Shown: piece after piece, positions 30,941 through 40,920 of the stretch
Position numbering within the stretch: position 1 is the first letter of the stretch
Layout: every line of letters begins with the position of its first letter
Assembly: GCA_900543695.1 (NCBI GenBank)
Contig: UQSG01000004.1
Span: forward strand, 14,331 to 78,330
Direction: 5' to 3'
DNA length: 64,000 nt
DNA from: an uncultured Clostridium sp.
GTDB taxonomy: Bacteria; Bacillota; Clostridia; UBA1212; UBA1255
Made by a program: the position numbers and the translations under genes
Notes under the pieces: model-generated
Seen by the model: only the letters and a program-made list of their open reading frames with translations
Told to the model about the DNA's origin: nothing
The model's database searches: none

Positions 30941-31909
30941 TTAAAACATCTTCTTTTTATATAAAATCCAGGCGACGATTCCGCAGGTCAGCGCCGTACC
31001 GCCGCAAATAATGTAAAACGCCCCACGCATATTTTCAAGCGGGATCCCGACGTTCATCCCAAAGAATCCGGAAATAATCGTAGGGATCGCCATTACGATT
31101 GTAATGGACGCCAGCAGCTTCATCACGATATTCAGATTATTGGAAATAATGGAAGCGAAGGCGTCCATCGTGCCGCTCAAAATATTGCTGTAAATATTTG
31201 CCATTTCAATCGCCTGCTTATTTTCGATGATAACGTCCTCCAGCAGATCCTCGTCGTCCGGATATTTGCGGATGCTGATATTTTCATAATTGTACTTCAG
31301 CATTTTTTCCAGCACGATTTCATTAGACTTCAACGATGTGGAAAAATAAACGAGCGATTTTTCCAGGGAGAGCAGGAGGATCAGCTCTTTGTTCTTCATC
31401 GATTTGTGCAGATCATTTTCAATATTATTGCTGATTTTATCGATCTGGCGCAGATACTGCAAATAATATGTCGCATTCCTGTACATCAGCTGCAGTAAGA
31501 AACGGTTTTTCTTAAAGGTCGCGAATGTTTTGACTCTGTTATCCAAAAAATCCTTAATCAGCTGCGTCTTCTTGAGACATACAGTGATTACGCATTCTTT
31601 GCATACAACAATGCCCATCGGCATTGTGGAATACATAAAATTATATGAGCTTTCCGCTGTCGATTCTACCACGGGGATATCGGTAAGCACCAGCGTGCAG
31701 TCGTCTTCCGATTCGATCCGCGGACGTTCCTCCTCGTCAAGCGCGGCCGTAATGAAATCCCGCTCAGCATGCACCAGACCGCTGATAAGATCAATTTCTT
31801 CCGCGGTGGGATCCAGCATATTGATCCAGCAGCCGTCCTGCGGCTCTTTAAGCACCGTCAGTTTCCCCTCGCAATCCGTAAAAAAAATTTCGTACATCTT
31901 ATTTTCCAT
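30941..31909 (-). CDS. corA: CorA-family magnesium/cobalt transporter
   Basis: 322 aa. C-terminal two TM helices with FFGMNV (GMN motif). An alternative start ATG at 31895-31897 lies 1 nt after the rsfS stop. Confidence 0.85.
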   Translation of the reverse strand: MENKMYEIFFTDCEGKLTVLKEPQDGCWINMLDPTAEEIDLISGLVHAERDFITAALDEEERPRIESEDDCTLVLTDIPVVESTAESSYNFMYSTMPMGIVVCKECVITVCLKKTQLIKDFLDNRVKTFATFKKNRFLLQLMYRNATYYLQYLRQIDKISNNIENDLHKSMKNKELILLLSLEKSLVYFSTSLKSNEIVLEKMLKYNYENISIRKYPDDEDLLEDVIIENKQAIEMANIYSNILSGTMDAFASIISNNLNIVMKLLASITIVMAIPTIISGFFGMNVGIPLENMRGAFYIICGGTALTCGIVAWILYKKKMF

Positions 31910-32255
31910 CCTTCCAAAGTCTTTCTATATTATAATATTCTCTGTCCGCCTCCTGAAAAATATGGATTACGACGTCGATGTAATCCAGTAAAATCCAATT
32001 TGCCGTATCGTATCCTTCCAAATGCGCGCACTGCAGGCCTTTTTCCTTCAGCTTTTCCAGCACCTCGTCTGCAATCCCCCGCAGATGCGTGGAGGAGGTC
32101 CCGCTGCATATGATGAAATAATCCGTTATGGCGCCGAGCTTTTCGGTATGTATTACCTCGATGCTCTTTGCTTTCCTGCCGTCCAGGATCTTTACAATCT
32201 CTTCCGTGAGCTGTCTGCTTTCTGTTTTATCCAACGTGCTCAGCCTCCTCAGCAA
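31899..32255 (-). CDS. rsfS: ribosome silencing factor RsfS
   Basis: 118 aa. ...ITDYFIICSGTSSTHLRGIADEV......GYDTANWILLDY.DVVIHIFQ...REYYNIERLW. Confidence 0.9.
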   Translation of the reverse strand: MLRRLSTLDKTESRQLTEEIVKILDGRKAKSIEVIHTEKLGAITDYFIICSGTSSTHLRGIADEVLEKLKEKGLQCAHLEGYDTANWILLDYIDVVIHIFQEADREYYNIERLWKDGK

Positions 32256-33420
32256 TTTTCTTTAAAGCCCAATTTCTCGTCCGCACCGTTTGCGTACAGA
32301 GCTGCCTGTCCTTCCCATTTATAACATATTGTATGGTGCTCTCGCACTCTGCAAGCACCGCCCGCAGCAGGGAGCCCTTTCGAAGCGTTTCGCGTACCAG
32401 GTCGAACACTGCGCCCTCCCGCCCTGGCTCCGTGTAATCTGCGACGAAAAGAATCTGCTCCAGCAGCCCCATCTCCGGCCGGCCTGTGATATGCCAGCGA
32501 ATTGCCGCAAGGATTTCGGGGTCTCTGACGCCGTAACGCGTCTCTGCAAGTATAGCACCGGCTTCTCCGTGCAGCAATACTTGTTTTCCGTCATATTCCC
32601 CGGAAGCGTCCGTTTTTATTCCGAGCCAGCGATATTGCTGCTCCGTAAGCTCCTTTGCGCAGTCGTGCAGCAGGCCGGCAAGCCTGCACTTTTCACGATC
32701 CGCGCCAAAGCGTTCTCCCAGGCGCACGCTTTCCTCCATGACCCCAATACTGTGGGTAAACCGGCGCGGGCTCAGAAGCGTCTCCACATCCTCGTAGATT
32801 TCGGAAAAATGCAGCTGCGCAGGCCGGTATAGGTTCTTTTGCCGGATATAAGCCCGGACCGGCTCCGGAACGAAAGCGCCAATTTCCTCTCCTGCGCCGG
32901 CGGCAGCTCTGATCTGTGTTGCTGAAATGTCGATCTGCGGAACGTCGGCAACCAGAACCGTCGCGCCCGCCTCCTGCGCTTTTCGCAGACTCTGCTGAAA
33001 AACCGTCTCATCGCAGCCCGGGCGCTTCATGGCGGCAAACGCACACAGGCGGAAAACGTCGGCGCTGCGGTACCAGTTGAAAACATCTGCAAGCGTATCG
33101 GCTCCGATGATCCAATAAAATTCCTCGTCCGCAGCCGCCGTCCTGCGCAGTTCGATCAGTGTGTCATACGTATACGTATACTTTCTTCTCCGGCATTCAA
33201 TGTCGCTCACCGCAAAGCCCTCCCGCTCTCCAATTGCAGCGCGCAGCATGGCAAGCCGGTCCTCAGGCGGCGTGATCCTTCGCGCAATTTTATGAGGCGG
33301 GACGCCGGCAGGAACAAATACGACTTTATCAAGCGCAAGCTGCCTTCTAACCGCGTCCGCGCAAATCAGATGCCCGTTATGCACGGGATCAAACGTCCCT
33401 CCGAATATGCCTGTCCGCAT
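32227..33420 (-). CDS. nadD: fused nicotinate-nucleotide adenylyltransferase (NadD) / YqeK HD-domain phosphohydrolase
   Basis: N-terminus MRTGIFGGTFDPVHNGHL...ISAT.IR (NadD). C-terminal half RFTHSIGV...LLHDCAKE...ADYTEPGR (YqeK HD domain) in one frame. Start at ATG 33418-33420, 7 nt after AAGGAG. Confidence 0.85.
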   Translation of the reverse strand: MRTGIFGGTFDPVHNGHLICADAVRRQLALDKVVFVPAGVPPHKIARRITPPEDRLAMLRAAIGEREGFAVSDIECRRRKYTYTYDTLIELRRTAAADEEFYWIIGADTLADVFNWYRSADVFRLCAFAAMKRPGCDETVFQQSLRKAQEAGATVLVADVPQIDISATQIRAAAGAGEEIGAFVPEPVRAYIRQKNLYRPAQLHFSEIYEDVETLLSPRRFTHSIGVMEESVRLGERFGADREKCRLAGLLHDCAKELTEQQYRWLGIKTDASGEYDGKQVLLHGEAGAILAETRYGVRDPEILAAIRWHITGRPEMGLLEQILFVADYTEPGREGAVFDLVRETLRKGSLLRAVLAECESTIQYVINGKDRQLCTQTVRTRNWALKKIAEEAEHVG

Positions 33421-33518
33421 TGTCTGTCTCCTTTCTCCGCTTTCCGAAGCGTTTCCGCAAAAAAATATCCCGTCTGCGCTCTGCGCAGCACGGGATGGTG
33501 TCATGTACAAATCCACGC

Positions 33519-33875
33519 TTACGAGCGCGGCACTTTTTTGTCCATTGCTTTGCCGTAGCTGTACCACGAATTACGCAGCTTGTGGCGCAGATCGACATCG
33601 AATACCCATTCGATGGCCTCGTATAATTGCTGCCGCATATTCAGGTACGCGCTTCGGTCAAATCCGTCCTGCTCCAGCAGAGTCTCCATATCGCTGAGCC
33701 AGTTTAATACCCGGTCAATCCCCGCAGCGTTGGGGTCTACCTTTTTCCGAAGATGCACGACTACTAATTTAACAGACTTTTTTTGCAGATCGGCATCTGT
33801 TATTACTTTTTTCTTTCTTGCACTTCCGGTTTCCGCTGCTTTTTCAGAATTGCCATCAGCACCATGAGAGTCCAT
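33519..33875 (-). CDS. hypothetical protein
   Basis: 118-aa ORF with GGAGG 7 nt upstream of the ATG. No family recognised. Confidence 0.5.
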   Translation of the reverse strand: MDSHGADGNSEKAAETGSARKKKVITDADLQKKSVKLVVVHLRKKVDPNAAGIDRVLNWLSDMETLLEQDGFDRSAYLNMRQQLYEAIEWVFDVDLRHKLRNSWYSYGKAMDKKVPRS

Positions 33876-33964
33876 GGCCGTACCTCCGTTTCTTTTTTAT
33901 ATTCTCATTTATCTGAGTATACCATCTTCTTAACCAAAAAGCAACATTTCTTCTATATTCTCAC

Positions 33965-35323
33965 TTAATTCCTGAGACTGAACAGGGGCGCCGGGATTCT
34001 TCCGCCGCGCTGAATAAAGGCGCTGCAGTCGTATTGCCGGACCGGCATTACGGGACCGCTGCCCAGCAGACCGCCGAACTCCACAATGTCTCCCGGCACC
34101 TTCCCCGGCGCAGGTATGATCCGGACGGCCGTCGTCTTATTGTTCACCATGCCGATCGCCGTTTCATCCGCAATGATTGCGGAAATCGTAGCGGCGTCCG
34201 TACTTCCCGGAACGACAATCATGTCCAGTCCAACGGAGCACACGCACGTCATTGCCTCCAGCTTTTCAATGCAGAGCGCGCCGCTAAGCACGTTGTCGAT
34301 CATGCCCTCGTCCTCGCTGACCGGAATAAACGCGCCGCTGAGGCCGCCTACGTGCGAGGACGCCATGATACCGCCCTTTTTGACGGCATCGTTCAAAAGG
34401 GCAAGCGCGGCTGTCGTTCCCGGGCCGCCGCAATGCTCCAGTCCCATGCTTTCCAAAATTCTGGCAACACTGTCGCCGATTGCCGGGGTAGGTGCAAGCG
34501 AAAGATCGACGATGCCAAAGGGAACCTGCAGACGCTCGCTCGCTTCCTTTGCCACGAGCTGTCCCATGCGGGTAATTTTAAAGGCCGTCTTTTTGACTGT
34601 TTCGGCAAGCACCGTAAAATCCTGTCCGCGGACGGTATCCACCGCGCATTTTACAACGCCCGGTCCGCTTACGCCTACATTGATCACGCATTCCGGCTCT
34701 CCGACGCCGTGGAATGCGCCGGCCATAAACGGGTTATCCTCCGGCGCATTGGCAAACACCACGAGACGCGCGCAGTCCGAGCCTCCGGAAGAGGCGGAAA
34801 GCTCCGCCGCCTTTTTTATCAGAATACCAAGGTCGCGTACCGCGTCCATGTTGATGCCGGCTTTTGTTGTCGCCACATTGACGCTGCAGCAGACTTTAGT
34901 CGTGGCATGAAGCGCATCCGGAATGGACTCCACAAGCGCGCGCTCGCTTTGCGTGTAACCCTTATGAACGAGCGCCGAGTAACCGCCTATAAAATTTACA
35001 CCCACAGCGTCCGCGGCTTTTTCCAGCGTTTCTGCAATCCGGACGCAGCCCTCTGCATCCGTGTTCGACAGCAGGCTGATCGGCGTTACGGAAATCCTTT
35101 TATTTACGATCGGAATTCCATATTCCGCCTCAATCTCGCATGCCGTTTTTACAAGCGAGCCAGCCTTTTCTGTAATTTTGTCATAAATTTTGCAGCATTT
35201 GGTTCCGAGGTCGTCAGAGGCGCAGTCGAGCAGATTGATGCCCATCGTAACGGTTCGGATATCCAGATGCTCTTTTAAAATCATTCTGATGGTCTGCGTA
35301 ATTTCATCTGCAGGTATGAACAT
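33965..35323 (-). CDS. UPF0210 (PFL-like, DUF711) family protein
   Basis: 452 aa. ...[14 protein letters not shown]...GGYSALV...[13 protein letters not shown]... is typical of UPF0210. Paired with the upstream ACT protein. Confidence 0.85.
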   Translation of the reverse strand: MFIPADEITQTIRMILKEHLDIRTVTMGINLLDCASDDLGTKCCKIYDKITEKAGSLVKTACEIEAEYGIPIVNKRISVTPISLLSNTDAEGCVRIAETLEKAADAVGVNFIGGYSALVHKGYTQSERALVESIPDALHATTKVCCSVNVATTKAGINMDAVRDLGILIKKAAELSASSGGSDCARLVVFANAPEDNPFMAGAFHGVGEPECVINVGVSGPGVVKCAVDTVRGQDFTVLAETVKKTAFKITRMGQLVAKEASERLQVPFGIVDLSLAPTPAIGDSVARILESMGLEHCGGPGTTAALALLNDAVKKGGIMASSHVGGLSGAFIPVSEDEGMIDNVLSGALCIEKLEAMTCVCSVGLDMIVVPGSTDAATISAIIADETAIGMVNNKTTAVRIIPAPGKVPGDIVEFGGLLGSGPVMPVRQYDCSAFIQRGGRIPAPLFSLRN

Positions 35324-35335
35324 CCTTCCACCGCC

Positions 35336-35608
35336 TTATATTTTATGCATGGAGTTGAAAATGTCCACGTGCTGAAGCTGCATCTGGAGACCGAGCTCCG
35401 CTCCGATTTCTTTTATTTTCCCCGCGATTTCGCTGAAGCCCTCGCTGGCCGCCGAAACATCGACAAGCATGACCATTGTGAAAATATCGTCCATGATGGT
35501 CTGACTGATGTCAAGTATGTTTACGTTTACTTTTGCCAGATATCCCGTTACGGCCGCTATGATGCCGACTTTATCGCATCCGATGACCGTCAGTACCGCT
35601 TTTGTCAT
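35336..35608 (-). CDS. ACT domain protein (UPF0237 family)
   Basis: 90 aa. MTKAVLTVIGCDKVGIIAAVTGYLAKVNVNILDISQTIM. Confidence 0.85.
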   Translation of the reverse strand: MTKAVLTVIGCDKVGIIAAVTGYLAKVNVNILDISQTIMDDIFTMVMLVDVSAASEGFSEIAGKIKEIGAELGLQMQLQHVDIFNSMHKI

Positions 35609-35629
35609 ATTGCCCTCACCCTTTCGGAT

Positions 35630-36532
35630 TTATTTTGTAAAGCCTTTAAAGGTATATCCCTGCGACAGTCCCCAGTCGACATATCCCGTTACCTGATCGA
35701 TCAGATCGTCCGTAATATTACTCGACTGGAATACAACGCCGTTGTACGTCTGCGGCTGGGAGCCGGCGTTCGTTACAAAATTGCACAGCTTAAAAGTAAC
35801 GGTATATCCCATCAGATTGGCAAGCTTCATATTGCGCTCGGAGACCTGGTCAGGCGCGTAAAAATACATTCTCTCGTCGGTGCCGAAGATGGACTGATAT
35901 TTTGTTTCCATCGCCCACAGGGAATCGTACAAAGCGTTTGAGGACGCGGAAAGCTGATCAATTGATTTGTCGCCTCTTGTGCCGATCGTATGGCCTTCGT
36001 CATGCATTCTTTTGATGAGCTCAAGGTTCTGATCGTCGTTCAGATACATGCTGGATAGGAAAAACGTAAATTTCACATTTTTCTCTTTTGCCAGATCAAG
36101 AAGCTCCGTTACTCTGTCATTTGTTTCAGAATAATGCAGGAGGAAGGACATATAGATATCCTGCGAGTCCGTTCCGGGATTGGACAGGATATATGTACTC
36201 TGATCCATGACCGACTTCGTCGTTTCATCCGTAAATACATAGTCCGTAAAGGATACGTCGAGAGCCAGCTCTGCGGTTTGCAGGCCGTCGACCTGGGTAA
36301 AGTCAACCACCGGCTTCGTTATTGTCGAATCCGGAGCAGGCGTCGTGACAGGCGCCTCAGGCGTTTCCTGCGCCGGCTCCGGAGTAGCGGTTTCCGTCCC
36401 CGGAGAAGTAATTCGAAGCGTCGCATCCGGATCCGGAGGATCATTTTCCCGATCGCTGCACGCTCCAATCCATATGAACAGGCTGACTGCGATAAATAAT
36501 ATAATTAAAGTTATGATTTGGCTTTTTCTCAT
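35630..36532 (-). CDS. lipoprotein with degenerate NodB-homology (polysaccharide deacetylase-like) domain
   Basis: MRKSQIITLIILFIAVSLFIWIGAC (lipobox). ...KFTFFLSS......RMHDEGHTIGTRG resembles the NodB fold, but the DD and H..H metal motifs are not evident. ATG at 36530-36532; the ORF-track start is an upstream TTG. Confidence 0.45.
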   Translation of the reverse strand: MRKSQIITLIILFIAVSLFIWIGACSDRENDPPDPDATLRITSPGTETATPEPAQETPEAPVTTPAPDSTITKPVVDFTQVDGLQTAELALDVSFTDYVFTDETTKSVMDQSTYILSNPGTDSQDIYMSFLLHYSETNDRVTELLDLAKEKNVKFTFFLSSMYLNDDQNLELIKRMHDEGHTIGTRGDKSIDQLSASSNALYDSLWAMETKYQSIFGTDERMYFYAPDQVSERNMKLANLMGYTVTFKLCNFVTNAGSQPQTYNGVVFQSSNITDDLIDQVTGYVDWGLSQGYTFKGFTK

Positions 36533-36730
36533 TTGTTTTACACCCCGCTGTATCTGTTTAAAATACCGTAATCCCAACGCTCCGAATGATACCCGTTTCC
36601 CGCGGGTGAACTTGTCTTCCGTTAATCTATTTATATGCAGGATTTCGCTTGTTTAATCGCTGGAAATAACAGGTATATCTTACCAAATCATACAGTTTTT
36701 TGCAAGCGAGACATTGGTTCCCGCAGGAAG

Positions 36731-36934
36731 CTATTTTGTCCACAGCAATCCGGGCAAAGGGACGCCAAGCGCTCCAAGGAGCAGCGGGATCAGGATCAGC
36801 GCGGAGGACAGCCACAGGACACGGAAATGATACGCTTTTGCAGCAGCCGGAAGCTGCCGGAAGCTCCGGTAGGTTTGTAAAGTAAAATATTCCAAAACGG
36901 CAACGCCGGCAGCCGCAAGAATGCTCAGCCACAT
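36731..36934 (-). CDS. small two-TM protein at the end of the ger operon (candidate germinant-receptor 'D' subunit)
   Basis: 67 aa with two hydrophobic helices. AAGGAG lies 9 nt upstream of the ATG. It overlaps the gerAB-like stop by 10 nt. Confidence 0.55.
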   Translation of the reverse strand: MWLSILAAAGVAVLEYFTLQTYRSFRQLPAAAKAYHFRVLWLSSALILIPLLLGALGVPLPGLLWTK

Positions 36935-38022
36935 TTTACACTGCTCCTTTTATTCTGCACTGTATTTTTGACTCTGGAAACTGCAAGCGTAAGAGCCGGC
37001 AGTCCGACCTGTACGGCAAGCAGGACATATGGAATCCGGTGGAGGGCTAAATTCATCAAAGAAACATTCGAGCTGCAGAGCTGCTGGGTACACAGCAGCA
37101 TAAGACCTGTGGTAAATGCGGTAAAAACAATATTTTTCCGGCAGCCGAAAATCCGTGCAAGGGCTTTTGTTATGCAATAGAAAATAACGGCGCTTTTAAA
37201 GAACAATATAAAAATCAGCAGGACGCCGTACAGGCTTTCAATATGCGACAGCACATTAAAATTGATCAGCCGGACCACCTCATAGGAAGGGTAATAAAAA
37301 GCAGTCAGCAGCGGTCCCAGCACCAGCGTATCGCGCAGAACCAGAATAATAATAAACGGCGCGCCGATCAGGATCCCAAGTACGAACTGCTTCCAGAGAT
37401 TTTTCTGTTCGCGCGCTTCTTTAAAATCCGGCACCAAAAACAATAAGACCACGAGCTCGCTGAACGGCATTAAAGTGCAGTAAAGAACCGATCTGCCGTA
37501 TTCCGAGGCAGAGTGTCCGCCAAGCGGAAGCAGATGCTTGAACTCGATCATTGGCAGCAGCAAAAGAAAAAGCAGCACAGTAAACACATACATTAAAATA
37601 CACATAAATGTGCTGACCGATGCAAAATATCGCGTACCGGCATTCGACGCCCATGCACAGGCAAGTACAAATACTGTGAGAATAGGAATCCAGTCCGTTT
37701 CCATCAGAAGGTCTCCCGCGACAAACTGGCTTGTTTCCCGCATTGTCATGGAACAGGAGACGATAAAGGTATAGAGATAGAAAAACGAGAGGATTTTACC
37801 GGGGATTCTGCCGAAAACGGCTTCGTTTATTTGAACGAGGCAGCAGGAGGGATAGGAATCGCCAAGAGCGCCGTATAAATAAGCAACGAGCATCCCCAGA
37901 AGGATTCCGGCCAGCAGGCAAAGCCACGCCTCGTTTCCTGCCATATGATAATAATACATGGTATAAAAGGATGACCCCTGTATAAAGCATGCAATGATAA
38001 AAATGAATTGTTTCCTAGTCAT
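36925..38022 (-). CDS. spore germination protein, GerAB-type (amino-acid-permease-like) subunit
   Basis: Polytopic membrane protein, MTRKQFIFIIACFIQGSSFYT... Start taken at ATG 38020-38022, overlapping the gerAC-like stop (alternatives at 38037 and 38043). Confidence 0.8.
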   Translation of the reverse strand: MTRKQFIFIIACFIQGSSFYTMYYYHMAGNEAWLCLLAGILLGMLVAYLYGALGDSYPSCCLVQINEAVFGRIPGKILSFFYLYTFIVSCSMTMRETSQFVAGDLLMETDWIPILTVFVLACAWASNAGTRYFASVSTFMCILMYVFTVLLFLLLLPMIEFKHLLPLGGHSASEYGRSVLYCTLMPFSELVVLLFLVPDFKEAREQKNLWKQFVLGILIGAPFIIILVLRDTLVLGPLLTAFYYPSYEVVRLINFNVLSHIESLYGVLLIFILFFKSAVIFYCITKALARIFGCRKNIVFTAFTTGLMLLCTQQLCSSNVSLMNLALHRIPYVLLAVQVGLPALTLAVSRVKNTVQNKRSSVKCG

Positions 38023-39241
38023 ACGCTTCCCTGCCATTTTCATCAGCCGGTTCCAGCAGAGAACCGGTACGAATAATATCCGCATCAATCCGGCACGTAA
38101 GCTCCGCGGCCGGATAAAGCGATTCAAAGTGGTTTGCAATCGTTTTCCATGTCTGAGGGCGGTAACGGTAAAATGCCTCGCCGATCCCCAGTACGTCTGC
38201 ACCGTTTAATTGCATTTCGCGAAAGGCGGAGCGGATTTCCGCTTCTATTTCCCCGGCGCAGGTCTTTTCCAGCGCGTCCATCACGGATGCGTCCACCGTC
38301 CGGCTTCCCTGCAGCTCTCCAAGGCTTCCCGTCATTTTTATATCTGCTTTCACTTTGATCCTTCCGTCGCTGTATTCGACCTGATAATTACCTGATCCGT
38401 CTAAAATTTCTATGGCTACTTCAACTCCTTCATAGTTGACAGTAATCACGCCGCGCTGCACTTCTCCGAGCATCCACAGCGCGCCGCGCGTCTGTCTTTC
38501 GTCAAGCTCCGCGACCATTTTGTCTTCCTTAAATACAGCGCTTTTCGCAACATACAGATAAGGTGACTGCGTTTCCGTGTCTTCCGGCGCAGCGACACGC
38601 ACCATTGGAACAAGCGAGGCCTTATAGGGCGTCTTGTAATCTCTGAAAAAAGAAAACAGCGTACAGCGCGGCGCATGGGAATCGTCCTGCTGGCGCGCAA
38701 TCAGTTTGTTCAGATCCTGGGCGGGGAAAGATTCCAGATGCGACTCAACGTTCAGGATTTCACTTGCCGTTCCTTCTGAGACGATCAGACTGACGTCGTA
38801 GCGCGTTTCATGATCTCGAAAAAAGTAATCTAAATATTTTGCGATTCCGTCCTCCGCAAGCTCTCTGCCGATAACCAGAATCTGGTTCTGTGCGACGTAA
38901 AGGCGCCGGTTGGTAATATGCACCGCAGAACGCAGGGCCTCGAGCAGGTCTGTGCCCGTGACCTGTACGTTCCAATACGGCTTGCTCAGGTCGCCTTCCG
39001 ATGCGGAGCCGCCTCCCTCCGATTGGCTGCTGTTTTGGCTGATAGCGATATTGCGCACTACCTGCGCTGTCAGCAGAAGGCGTTCTGATTCCGGCCCGCT
39101 CTTTTCATCCATTTTGTCCATTGCAATCCCCATTACGACTGCCAGCGCCTCCAGCTCGCGTTTTGTGCCGCTGCGAACGCAGCCGTTCAGGAAGATCATA
39201 AGACAAAGCAGGCAGGAGAAAACACATGCGCGTTTTTTCAT
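38015..39241 (-). CDS. Ger(x)C-family spore germination lipoprotein
   Basis: MKKRACVFSCLLCLMIFLNGC lipobox. 408 aa, in an operon with the A and B subunits. Confidence 0.85.
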   Translation of the reverse strand: MKKRACVFSCLLCLMIFLNGCVRSGTKRELEALAVVMGIAMDKMDEKSGPESERLLLTAQVVRNIAISQNSSQSEGGGSASEGDLSKPYWNVQVTGTDLLEALRSAVHITNRRLYVAQNQILVIGRELAEDGIAKYLDYFFRDHETRYDVSLIVSEGTASEILNVESHLESFPAQDLNKLIARQQDDSHAPRCTLFSFFRDYKTPYKASLVPMVRVAAPEDTETQSPYLYVAKSAVFKEDKMVAELDERQTRGALWMLGEVQRGVITVNYEGVEVAIEILDGSGNYQVEYSDGRIKVKADIKMTGSLGELQGSRTVDASVMDALEKTCAGEIEAEIRSAFREMQLNGADVLGIGEAFYRYRPQTWKTIANHFESLYPAAELTCRIDADIIRTGSLLEPADENGREAYD

Positions 39242-39246
39242 GCGTA

Positions 39247-40851
39247 TCAGCCTCCGTTATGATTGTCAGGAGGGATCGGCGTGTCTTCCCTCGTTCGATC
39301 GTCCGGCGACAGCTCCGCAGGCCGTTTCCGCATAATCCACAGCGGGGCACGAAGAAAGGTATCCTTGAGGTCCTCCGGGCGGCAGGGGAAAAAGGGAGAA
39401 AAATAGCTGTAGCCAAATGAGTAAATTCCGGTTACATGGATTGTCAGGCATATTATTCCGATGCTGATCCCGTATCCGCCGAGCAGACCGCCCAGGAATA
39501 AAAAAATCCATCGCAGCATGGTAACCTCATTGCTCAGCATGGGTACGACAAAGCTGGATACTGCCGTAAAAGCGATGATGATAACGACCGGGGCGCCGAT
39601 AATTCCGGCCTGAATCGCTGCCTCTCCCATAACCAGTCCTCCGACGATACTGATCGTTTGCCCTACATTTTTCGGCATATGAATGCCCGCTTCTTTCAAA
39701 AGCTCAAAGATAAGCAGAAAAAGCGCAGTTTCCGTAAAAGAGTTGAACGGTACCCCTTCGCTTGAGGCTGACATGCTGAAAAGAAGGGAGGCCGGAATCA
39801 ATTCCTGATGATAACTCGTCAGGGCTACGTAAAGCCCAGGTACAAGAATGCTTAAAAAGAATGCCAGATAGCGGAAAATCCGCACAATGCTTGCATATGT
39901 CGATCTCGCATAGTAATCCTCCGGATTCTGAAAGGCTTCTATAAAAAAATACGGCGCAGTCAGCGCAAAGGGAGAGCCGTCGATCAGAATTCCTACCCGT
40001 CCCTCCAAAAGCTTTCCGGCCAGCACATCAGGGCGCTCGGTCAGTCCCATCGTCGCAAAAATGGAGAATGGTCTGTCTTCAATATATTCTTCGATATATC
40101 CGGATTCCAGTATCATATCCACATTAATATAACCGATTCTGCGTTTGATCTCAGCGATAAGCTTCGGATCTGCAAGTCCGTCAATATAAGTAATGCAGAG
40201 ATTCGTGTTTGTTTTTCTGCCGACTACCATGCTTTCAAATGTAAGCCTGCTGTTTTTCACTCGCCGCCGCAGCAGACTCGTGTTCGTGCGAAGATTTTCA
40301 TTGAAGCTCTCGCGCGGTCCGCGCATGGAAATGTCATAAGAGGGCTGTTCCACGCCGCGTTTTTCGAAGCCCTTGCTGCTGATTATGGTACATTCTGTAC
40401 AGCCCTCTACGAACATGGCGCAGTCGCCGTTTAAAATACCGGAAATGGCCGTGTCCAAATCTGCCGCCGTCTCGATTTCTCCCACGGAAAGCAGGACGTC
40501 ATTGATTCTTTCGACTTTGCTTTTGCGCCCCGTGCTTGCCGGCGTAAAATTCCGCAGGCCATGCATCAGCGGCTTAATGATGCTGTCGTTGATCACGGCC
40601 GAATCCGTCAGCCCATCCATGAAGGCAAGGAGCGCTTTTTCATTTTTACCTCCGGGCCCTTTGAAAGTAAAAATACGCGTTTTAAAATCTGAGCTGTTCA
40701 AAAAACGGCCTTTTAAAAAGCTTTCATTCTCGGCCGCCGTCAAAAAAACGCCGACGGGCGCCCGCGCGGCGTCCGCCCCTCTGCCCGTGCTGCTTTTATC
40801 TTTTATTCGATTAAATATATAGTTTAAAATCATAATATCCCCATCTTTCAC
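39247..40851 (-). CDS. spore germination protein, GerAA-type subunit
   Basis: 534 aa with a soluble N-terminal domain plus a C-terminal membrane domain. ...GILIDGSPFALTAPYFF.E.FQ..EDYY is typical of GerA-family A subunits. Confidence 0.88.
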   Translation of the reverse strand: MKDGDIMILNYIFNRIKDKSSTGRGADAARAPVGVFLTAAENESFLKGRFLNSSDFKTRIFTFKGPGGKNEKALLAFMDGLTDSAVINDSIIKPLMHGLRNFTPASTGRKSKVERINDVLLSVGEIETAADLDTAISGILNGDCAMFVEGCTECTIISSKGFEKRGVEQPSYDISMRGPRESFNENLRTNTSLLRRRVKNSRLTFESMVVGRKTNTNLCITYIDGLADPKLIAEIKRRIGYINVDMILESGYIEEYIEDRPFSIFATMGLTERPDVLAGKLLEGRVGILIDGSPFALTAPYFFIEAFQNPEDYYARSTYASIVRIFRYLAFFLSILVPGLYVALTSYHQELIPASLLFSMSASSEGVPFNSFTETALFLLIFELLKEAGIHMPKNVGQTISIVGGLVMGEAAIQAGIIGAPVVIIIAFTAVSSFVVPMLSNEVTMLRWIFLFLGGLLGGYGISIGIICLTIHVTGIYSFGYSYFSPFFPCRPEDLKDTFLRAPLWIMRKRPAELSPDDRTREDTPIPPDNHNGG

Positions 40852-40920
40852 GCGTGCTGCAGCGCGTCTTCCGACGAGGATATTATTCCGAGATTTGTTT
40901 GATTTATAACTTAAAAAAAT

